Assembly: GCF_006345805.1 (NCBI RefSeq)
Contig: NC_043010.1
Coordinates: 29,202,001 to 29,266,000, forward strand
Length of the DNA: 64,000 bases
Direction: 5' to 3'
Origin: Octopus sinensis
Lineage: Eukaryota
Position 1 is the first letter of the stretch. Each line of letters starts with the position of its first letter. The notes under the pieces were generated by a model, which was given only the letters and a program-made list of their open reading frames with translations, was not told the origin of the DNA and ran no database searches. The position numbers were made by a program, and so were the translations under genes. Shown piece by piece: positions 54,802-64,000 of the stretch.

Positions 54802-56169
54802 ATTTTATTTTCTGAGAATTTTTAAAAGCTGGGTGTCTGTTTACATGATCGGAAAATATTCAATCTAAATTACATTTTCAACTTACCATTAGAAGGCTCG
54901 ATGCTGAATAGGTCTGATCCAAGTGGCCAACATTTTTGGAGATAAAAATAATTCTATATCTACGTAAATGTAATTATTATAAATGGATGCTATGTTAATT
55001 AAAAACTATATTCACCGTCCATAAATAACTAGTGACAGGAGTTTTGATGCAATTGGCATTCTTCTACATAGGTTGTAATGGAAAGCACGGTCAGAAGTGT
55101 GAAATAAGGAAAACTACAATGTCGAAGAAACAAAAATGTGAGTGCACGCAAGCGAAAGTACAAATAATGAATCTGGACCGTTCACCCCCGATAATTGAAA
55201 AATGTATAGAGCGTTGTAATAACAATCTAAATAATATTGGATTTCAATGTGAAGACCATTTGAAAAATGAAGATGGGACGTTAACTGCTTATTGGTGTAT
55301 AATTAAAATCAATTTCTATATTGTAAAATGTGATCAAACAAGTCATGATATAGGATACATTGAAACGAAATGAAATAGCTAATGATGCAAGTTATGGAAC
55401 AGAGATCTTAATAGATGTGTGACGGTTTAAATTATATAGAAACATTAATGTTTACATTAGCATGAAATAATCGTTTAAAATGTTATTAAATTAAGCTACA
55501 AAGTCGGCGGTGTCGTTGACAATTTTCTACTGCCTGAACGACTCCGGTGCAACAAATTAGGAAGTCCCTCGTTTAATTTTATACGTCCAGAAAATTTATT
55601 TCAAACTGTTGTTTCATTTGTATCCAATCAATAGGTAACTCATATCATCACAATAATATAATTACTATGTATCATGATTATTTATTGCCCACAAGGGGCC
55701 AACAAAGTGGGGACAATACAACACATGTAGGGACACTGAACAAATGAAAACAAAAACAAAACGTATAGTACAATGGTAATGAAAAAATGAAAAATGGAAG
55801 TGGCGCTACCTGCCCCATCAAGTAGCATCACTTACTTCCTTTCTCTTTGTATTTCATTATATCAAGTCCATAGTTTTCTTTAAGTCACTCATACTCTATA
55901 TCCTTAGGTAATCTTTCCTTTTTGTATTCTACCTTCCAAACATACTTTCCTTTGAGTTTTTTTCCAATCTCATTTTTTTTTTTTTGGTCTTCTGTTATTA
56001 GAAGGCATGAATGGCTCCCGTAAACACTCTCCTTATCCTCCACCCTAACCATCACAGTATTTTCCCATCCCATCACCTGTTTAACCAGTTCATCGTCTGC
56101 TTCCTCGAACACCACACACGCATAACAGCCAGTGGGAGAGTGAAGGTATTTTACCAGTGAACATTCCTT

Positions 56170-57050
56170 GTAAGCCTTCAATTTCTTCTATGAGACCAGA
56201 TGAGTTAGAAGATTAAAATTGTAAGCAGTAACATAAACTGCTCAGAACTAGGGTTTTCCCTAAAAATGAAACTGACTATCGGTTCCCTTGTCATGAATGT
56301 TCGTAGGATGCAGCCTATGAGTTTGCTGCATTTAAAGGTTAGTTTGATAATATGGCTGATGGAAAATGCATCATTTGACATGATTACACTTAAGTCCTGT
56401 ATGTCATTAGTGCTCTGAATCATTATGTTACCTTGTGTCAAATATTGCGATTTGGGTGAATTCGTTTGTAATGAAGAAGATGAAATTTTGATGTACTAAT
56501 TTTCGTATTTTTTGTGGTTTAGCTCCTAGCCATCGATATTCTTGTGTAATTCATTCCCTGATGTATACGACATATTACAGGTAACTTAGAGAGAAATCCA
56601 TTTGTAGCAATAGGTTAACTCCTACCGTATAGGGAGTTAAAGAACCATTCTCCGACTTTTCCTGTGATACCAAGATTTCTTAAATTATGACAGATGATTC
56701 CATGATCAGACTTGTCAAACGCCTTAACAATATCAAGGTTTTAACAGTCAATGATCTTTCCCCTTAAGAGATTATTAGAGGTAGTGTTATGATGCTGTAA
56801 GAATTGTGACAGCCAACTTCGTTCAGTCCGAAACCTATACCGAGTGTCATCTAAGTTGTTTTCCTCCTGGTATGTTATTGCTTTTTATCTTCGGACAAGG
56901 CATTGGATAATTTTAGATGTGAGGGAAACAGGTCTGTAATTTTTAGTTCCAGCACTGCTACCTCCTTTGTACCTATATAGGTTTGTACCTTGTACCTATA
57001 TAGGTATAAGATACTCTCATTTTGCCTGTTCAATCATTTCCAGTAACCAC
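56170..57050 (-). mobile_element. CR1-like LINE RT remnant
   Basis: KNYRPVSLTSKII, LDIVKAFDKSDHGII, LGITGKVGEWF; many stops. Confidence 0.7.
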
Positions 57051-58289
57051 TAATGGACAAATTTGAGTCAAAAATTCAATGTATTTTCCTTTTCTAACCA
57101 CACCAGAGTTTATTGGTCTTGTGCTATCAACATTTGATAGAAGTTACTACCAGCAAACTGGAAATAAATTGAATTAAAAGGGTTTGTTATTGATCTACTT
57201 TCAAAGCAACCCAATAGTTTAATAATTAACTGGACTTAGTTTACCAATGAATATCCAAAAGATTCTAACAATTGAAGTAAACCCACTGATCTTGTATTTT
57301 CAAACGTTCAATATTGTATAATTTAACAAACTGATTGAAGTAATTATTTTCCACTGCCTAATTTTCATAATATTTAAATACAGGACATTTCTATTTAATA
57401 AATACATATTATAGTCATAAAATATTCACTACGAAAACTTCTTTTGTTGGTTTATATGAGATACATCACAAGAGAACAGGTTATGCTTTGTAACAAAAAC
57501 TAGCTCGAAATCAATCTTTTCCTGTTGTTGAATAAGTTGAAATTATGTATTTAGAAATATATTCCCAGAATTTGTTCTAACATTCTTAGCCTACAGCATG
57601 TTTGATACATACCTTCAGCAAGTTTTGTATTAAGCAATTCATCTTTGGTACTTTGGCCACCTTAACTAAGTTTATCAAGCTTAAAATATTAAAGACACAT
57701 CTGAATACAATACCAACATTTTACACTAGGCTTGGATGATTCCTGACAAAGAGGCATGCATTTGCTTCTTTCAGTAAGGATTAATCTTTGTATAGATCTC
57801 ATATTGTTTGTAACAGTTTCCTGTATTCTATCTGCTTAGGATGAACCATGGGAAACACTCCAGAAGTTATTTCAAACAAGCACATTCATTATAATCCATC
57901 TAATTTTTCCATTCATCCATTTCCTCTTTTCAACAATCTGGCACTTGAGCCCTAGTAGGGTGCTAAAAGCACCATCCGAGCATGATCGTTGCGCAGAGCA
58001 GCTAACTGGCCTCCGTGCTGGTAGCACGTAAAAGGCACCATTCGAGCGTGATCGTTACCAGCATCACCTTACTGGCACCTGTGCTGGTGGCATGTGTAAA
58101 AAGATTCAAGCAAGGTCGTTGCCAGTACGGCCTGACTGGCCTCCGTGCCGGTGGCACGTAAATGCACCCACTACACTCTCGGAGTGGTTGGCGTTAGGAA
58201 GGGCATCCAGCTGTAGAAACTCTGCCAGATCAAGATTGAAGCCTGGTGCAGCCATCTGGTTCGCCAGCCCTCAGAGGTATGTAGTTGAA

Positions 58290-58900
58290 AGTAAATCACT
58301 GTACTTGTTGACCTGGAGAAAACCTTTCACAGGGTGTCTCACTCGCTGCTGGTTACTGTGGAAGCTAGAAGTAGATGAATGAGTAGTGAGAACTGTTCAT
58401 GCTATGTAGGGGAATTGTGTTCATAAAGTGGGTTGGCAATAAGTACAGCAATGAATTTAGTGCACAGGTAGTTCACCAGGCTTTGGTTATCAATCTCCTA
58501 CAATTTATTATAGTCCTCCAGGCCATAATAGAGGTATCTAAGGCTGAATGGCCATAGGAACTTGTATATGGTGATAAGCTTTTTACACCAAAAACTATAG
58601 TAGAACTTAAAATGAAGTTCCAAGTGTGAAAGCAAAACCTAGAATCAAAGGGCTTTAAAGTTAACTTAGCAATGACCAAAGCTCTAGTTAGCAGGAAAAG
58701 AGACAGGATGCTAATCCTTTTGCATAAATGGCCCTGTTCAATTTGTAGAAGAGGTGAAAGTAGAAATTTCATGGGATGTTCTCAGTGCAAATTATGGACA
58801 CATTAGTGGGACTATGGAATGACAGGAAGGTTAGCAGAGAGAGTAGACTTAGTGGCAGACACATAGGTGCAATAATACTAAGAGCAAACAAGAAATAGAT
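58290..58900 (+). mobile_element. RTE-like LINE RT remnant
   Basis: Decayed VDLEKxF..V, WKLEVDE.VVRTVHAM, GSxLS.L.FIIVLQAI, PxELxYxD motifs. Confidence 0.6.
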
Positions 58901-59197
58901 TTTTTGGAATGCCCAGAAGGATCCTTAGAGGTAGGAGATTGTTTTTGCTATGAATGAAACTTGATAACCAGTGCATCAGAAGAGGAAATACTGAAAGTAT
59001 GGTTGTTAGAATACCAACAGACTGGAGAAAATTCATAGAGATATTACTTCAGTTGGCAACAAAAGCTTCCCTCTCAGAATGAAAGGTAGATTGTGAAGAC
59101 CAACCTCCACCACATGGAAGAGAGCAAGGGACCAAAATGAATGGCAATATGCAGTGCTTGAGAAAACCTATACATCTTTTGGTTATGTATTAAATTG

Positions 59198-59234
<37 letters not shown>

Positions 59235-60270
59235 ATATCAAATTAGTACTAGCAATTGCTAGAAATAAGAGTGGAATAAAAATTACTCGAATAGCCACAC
59301 AAAGCACTAACCTCATGAATTGATGGTTTTTCTCAAGAGTTGTACAAGGCAAGCTACCCTTTTTAACCCAGAGTATCAAAATCATGTGATAAGGATATGT
59401 CTGTTTACTTCATTTTGTGAGTTTATCTCACCATGGAGAGGTGCTTTAGCTCTCTGCCTCACTTTCTATCAATTCATAAGGTTAGTGCTTTGTGTGGCTA
59501 TTCAAATCTTTTTTTTTTTACTCTTATTTCTAGCAATTGTGGGTACTAATTTGTACCCTTGTTTCTTAACTTGTCTTTAGGCTTTAATTGCTAATGGGCC
59601 ACCTATATTATAATGTATTTAATATATTTTAATCATCATCTAAAGTCCATTGTCCATGCTGGCATGGGTTGGACGGTTTGACCAGGGCTGGCAAGCTGGA
59701 AGGCTGCACCAGACTCCAGTCTGATTTGGTATGGTTTCTACAGCTGGATGCCCTTCCTAACATCAACCACTCCAAGAGTGTAATGAGTGCTCTTTTTGTG
59801 CCACTGGCACGGGTGCCATTTGCATGACACCAGTATCTGCCATGACTGTGATTTTACTTGGCTTGATGGGTGTTCTTCTCAAGCATGATGTAATGCCAAA
59901 GGTCTGTCATTGCCTCTATGAGGCCCACTAAAAATTTGAGGCAGTGCCCCAGCATAATGACTGAAAAAAGTAAGATAAAAAATAAACAATGGTACAAGTA
60001 ACATACATTTTATTCTCATAATTGTTGCTTTTATTATTATTATTTTGTTATTGTTCAAATGTATATGGAAAAACATCTTTTTTTTCTACTGATCTAGAGC
60101 AATGTTGGTTGGAGATGGAAGTTGAGTTGAGTGAAATACATAACATTATCGGTGGAGGTGGGCATGGGGATGGGTGACAACTATAACTGAAATAATATAA
60201 TGGGTTGACATAAAAAATATTGGACAAATGTACGCCAATACATGCACACACACATATATTCATATCTATC

Positions 60271-60304
<34 letters not shown>

Positions 60305-60719
60305 CACATATATATATATCAGACATACATTGTGTACATAGCAAGACCCACACAGGAAAATGCTTTGTATGTGTATATATGCACGTATATATACATATAC
60401 ACACACACACACATATATACATACATATATATATATGTATACATCTATATATACACAATATATATGTATGTATACCCTATATGTATATACATACAAAATA
60501 AAAATGCAGACATACACACAAGTCTGAGGGCATCTTATCTAGATTGCAGTTGTAAACAGTTCAAGATATAGAATCTGCAGCTGGTCGATGCAAGTGCAGC
60601 TCAATCTGCATTAGTTCCAAAGAAGTTGATCCAATGGCTAGCAAACATTGCTCCCCTCCCCCACATTACTAAGGAAATTCCATCAGACTGTTGTATGAAG
60701 TGTGTATGTCAGAAGCTGC

Positions 60720-62168
60720 TCACTCTCTTGGTCTGCCTTGGTTGCAGGTATGGTTGACTTGTGCATCTGTCCAGCCAGGTGTCCATGGAGTTGTGAGAGC
60801 AGATGCTGCAGAAGCACCTGATGACCAGTTCCCAAAACTGGCGCCAGGTGTGGTTGATCGCCATGCAGGGATGTTGGCTCCAGTGCAAGGTTGCTGGGTT
60901 ACAACGGCAGTCTGGTGCTGCTGGTTGTGATGGGGGTGGTGGTGGTGATGATGATGGCCATGTTGATGAGGATGGTGATGGTGAGCATGTGGTGATGATG
61001 ACGGCAGAGGCTGTCGAAGTGCAGGAGGAGGAGGTGGAGGTGGAGGCGGAGGTGGTGATTTGGAAGCTTTACACATCACCTTGTTGATATTGTTGTTGTT
61101 GTTGCTTCGGTTACCACTACTTGCAGCAGAAGCTGGTGATGGTGTGCCCTGATGCTGTTTGTCATGATGGTGATGATGGTGGTGATGATGATGGTGATGG
61201 TGATGATGATGAGGATGTGCTGGGTCACCCGTTGATACACCTTTGCAAGAAGCTTGGTTGCAGTTACCACTCATTCCTGGTGATGACGATGACTGTATGT
61301 GGGCACGGCTGTGTTTCTTGAGGTGTGCCCTTTGCGAAAATGACTTTTGGCAGATCACACATAGAAATGGCTTCTCTCCACTATGTGTGCGACTGTGGTT
61401 GACTAGGTGGTCTTTCTGGCTAAATCTTTTCGGACACTGGTTGCAAGCATATGGCCGAATACCACTGTGGATTCTGGAATGTGTGGTCAGATGAGTTCGT
61501 TGACCAAATGATTTACCACACACCTGACATGTAAATGGCCTCACCCCAGAGTGAGTACGAATGTGATTAGTCAGCTTTTCCCGTTGGCTGAAGGCTTTGT
61601 GACACTGACTGCAGTAAAAGTGTTTCTCCTCATCTGGCATCAACTCATGTTTGTGGAGATTAGCTTTTACAGAAAAGCCTTTCCGACACACACCACACCG
61701 ATAGGGTTTGCGACTACTATGACCAGTGTAGACACCGTAATTTGTCATGCCAGATAGTGGTACAGGAATGTTCTGGTGGCTGTGGTTGCTGTGACTCACC
61801 GTATCATGGCTACCACTGGCTACTGAGTGTTCATCACCAGGTGAAGCTGCTGTGTTGCCACCATTGTTATTGTTAGCAACAATAACAATAGTGCCTAAAC
61901 CTGGCGAAATGCTCTGCGAATGGTTGTGGTGATTGTGATTGTGGTTGCCAGTATTGTCCAAGTTATTGGAATTGTTATTGCTGGAATGACTGCCATGTTG
62001 CTGCTTGAGAGCCCTCGTCGAATCTTCAGCTGCTGATTGAGGGTCAGCATAAATCTTAGTGCAGCTACTGAAATCATATTGTTGTTGTTGTTGCTGCTGC
62101 TGCTGCTGTTGTTGCTGTTGCTGTGGGTTTCCTACTGAGGCATATACACCGGAATGAGCAGCATACAT
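60720..62168 (-). CDS. C2H2 zinc-finger transcription factor D with polyQ, polyH, polyP and polyN tracts (482 aa; 4 intact fingers plus 1 degenerate)
   Basis: Long open GC-richer ORF; fingers CSQC..HIRTH, CQVC..HSRIH, CNQC..HSRTH, CVIC..HSRAH; finger 1 (CGVC..HKHELMPD) lacks a properly spaced second His. In-frame stop 7 codons upstream of the ATG. Confidence 0.85.
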   Translation of the reverse strand: MYAAHSGVYASVGNPQQQQQQQQQQQQQQQYDFSSCTKIYADPQSAAEDSTRALKQQHGSHSSNNNSNNLDNTGNHNHNHHNHSQSISPGLGTIVIVANNNNGGNTAASPGDEHSVASGSHDTVSHSNHSHQNIPVPLSGMTNYGVYTGHSSRKPYRCGVCRKGFSVKANLHKHELMPDEEKHFYCSQCHKAFSQREKLTNHIRTHSGVRPFTCQVCGKSFGQRTHLTTHSRIHSGIRPYACNQCPKRFSQKDHLVNHSRTHSGEKPFLCVICQKSFSQRAHLKKHSRAHIQSSSSPGMSGNCNQASCKGVSTGDPAHPHHHHHHHHHHHHHHHHDKQHQGTPSPASAASSGNRSNNNNNINKVMCKASKSPPPPPPPPPPPALRQPLPSSSPHAHHHHPHQHGHHHHHHHPHHNQQHQTAVVTQQPCTGANIPAWRSTTPGASFGNWSSGASAASALTTPWTPGWTDAQVNHTCNQGRPRE

Positions 62169-62891
62169 TCTTGTTTTGTTATTGTTTTATGTTCTTATAA
62201 ACTGTTTCCTAATAAAATTGTTTCGAACATTTGTACATTTGTAGTTACAATGTCTAACTATACCAAAGTGTGCTTTTATCATAAAAGTGCACAAATATAA
62301 ATATAAAGGTAAACACAAACTTAAATATTTATAGACATGTATGTTTGTGTATGTGTGTGCATGCATGTATGTTTATGCAGAGTATATACATATGATGTGT
62401 TCAGATATTCTCTAAACCTACACGCTTTGTATGTATGTATAATTACAATACTGAAACCCAGATCCAAGCAAATCAAAATAAGTTTCTGGAATTCTAGATA
62501 AATGTCATCAATCAGTCTATCAGAGGTTCTGGTTCCTACCAGTTGTGTTCTGGTGTATATAAAGCAAAAAATAATTTATCTTTATCCAATATACTTTTAG
62601 TAAAAAAACGTTATATTTGAGCAAAAGTTTGGATGAAAATATAATGTAATAGTTTCTGCTCTAAAAATATTCTGTAGGGTCTATGAAACAATGAAGCATT
62701 AGATGGATGAGGTGGTGATGAAAAAGGGATTGGTAAAAAAGGTGAAACAGAGAAAGAGAGATGGGGTAGAAAATGAAAACAAAAGTATAATAATGGAATG
62801 TCACCAAAAGGTAAGAAGCCCCAAAGAACAAAATATGAAAATATTTAGTTATGTTTTCCGTGCCATTATTTTGAACGAATTTGTTATTTAC

Positions 62892-63072
62892 ATGTGGCAA
62901 GGTGGTGGTGAGGAGGAGGAGGCTGTTCTGTTACACTGGAAGCATTTGTCTTTGAGTATACACTCAAGTCATTACAATTTTTGCACACAACAGGAATACT
63001 CTGGAGACTTCTGGGCTGGAGTAGTTTCTTAGGAGTAGCAAAGACTGGGTTTTCATCTTGTGTCAGCCATGT
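62892..63072 (-). other. Putative upstream exon (181 nt)
   Basis: Strong acceptor ttttctttccttttaacAG, candidate donor GTAAAT, one frame open for 60 codons ending QPPPPHHHLAT. Confidence 0.35.
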
Positions 63073-64000
63073 CTGTTAAAAGGAAAGAAAATGTGTGATA
63101 ATAAATATTTCCATAAAAATATACTGCCTTTCTTTCATATGACTTGTTCCATCAACTGCCTACATGCACCATAGATGATGATGATGTTGGTAGTGGTGGT
63201 TTTAGTGATAACATAGTGAAGGAATACACAAAATGAGAGATGACTAATCTCAACACTTGCTATGGTATCTCAGCTCAACATCCACCACTGTTCTTTGTTA
63301 CATCAACCGACCCACTATGGATGTTTCTCACCTGACACACATAACACCAGGGGAACAAAAATTATACATATTTATTATGTTTACTAAAACTAAAAGATAT
63401 CTAGATCTTAAATTTTCATTTCTCAATTACCACAATCTATTGTCAAACTCAGCATCATTAAAAAAGACTTTTCTATAAAGAAACAATAAATATAAGGACA
63501 TTTTTTTTTTAAATGGTATTCCCAAGGGTTCTGTAAGAATAAAAATTGTCCCTTTGGTAAAGCAAGTTATTTCCACATGCCTAAAGTTTTGTGCAGTTTA
63601 TTAATATGAAATAATCTGGTTTATGAAACTTGCAATTATAAGACATAACACACTTCTAATGCATTGAGCACTTAGTGATTTCACATGAAAACACAAGAAT
63701 GGCTGTGGAGATACTACGATATATCTTGGGCAAGTATCCTCTGCTATACCTCTAAGTTAATCAATACCTTATCAGTAAAATTATGGAAAAATGTGTGGGT
63801 GTTCATATATATGTCTGTGAATGCATACATTTTGTACTGTGTTGACATTCCTTATGAACAAATCACTATGAAGCTCTATGCCTCCAAAGACAAGTGGAAT
63901 AAAAACAAATCTTACTTGAGAAACAGTATATATATAAAACAACAGAAAGTTCATTCAACTGTAAAATACTGCCCCAAGAATAATTCTGCCCAATCCATGG

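Noticed and set aside
55885-56181. 98-aa minus-strand ORF next to the CR1 remnant
   Set aside because: No recognisable motif; probably TE-derived and cannot be assigned.

Overview
AT-rich (roughly one-third GC by eye), repeat-dense animal DNA. The tRNA-type SINE motifs, the microsatellite load and the single-exon tandem C2H2 genes point to an octopus/cephalopod genome (inference). Bases 1-38k are a transposon graveyard dominated by Penelope-like elements (PLEs) of at least three families. They also hold a Helitron PIF1 remnant, a solo LTR, a young RTE LINE, a full-length hAT transposon, SINEs and MITEs. The main structure is a large, diverged inverted duplication (arms about 1.7-13.4 kb and 15.7-18.7 kb) centred on a 5'-truncated Neptune-type PLE. 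The arms carry arm-specific insertions, and the right arm preserves the empty target site of the RTE. Several hammerhead-ribozyme (HHR) motifs are present, including a divergent twin pair and a G3:C8-covariant variant, and there are local fold-back palindromes. Bases 39-64k hold a minus-strand C2H2 zinc-finger cluster: two intact tandem-finger paralogs (12 and 14 fingers), one pseudogene, and an unrelated polyQ/H/P-rich zinc-finger ORF. All calls are by eye. Coordinates of degraded elements are approximate and no database searches were run.
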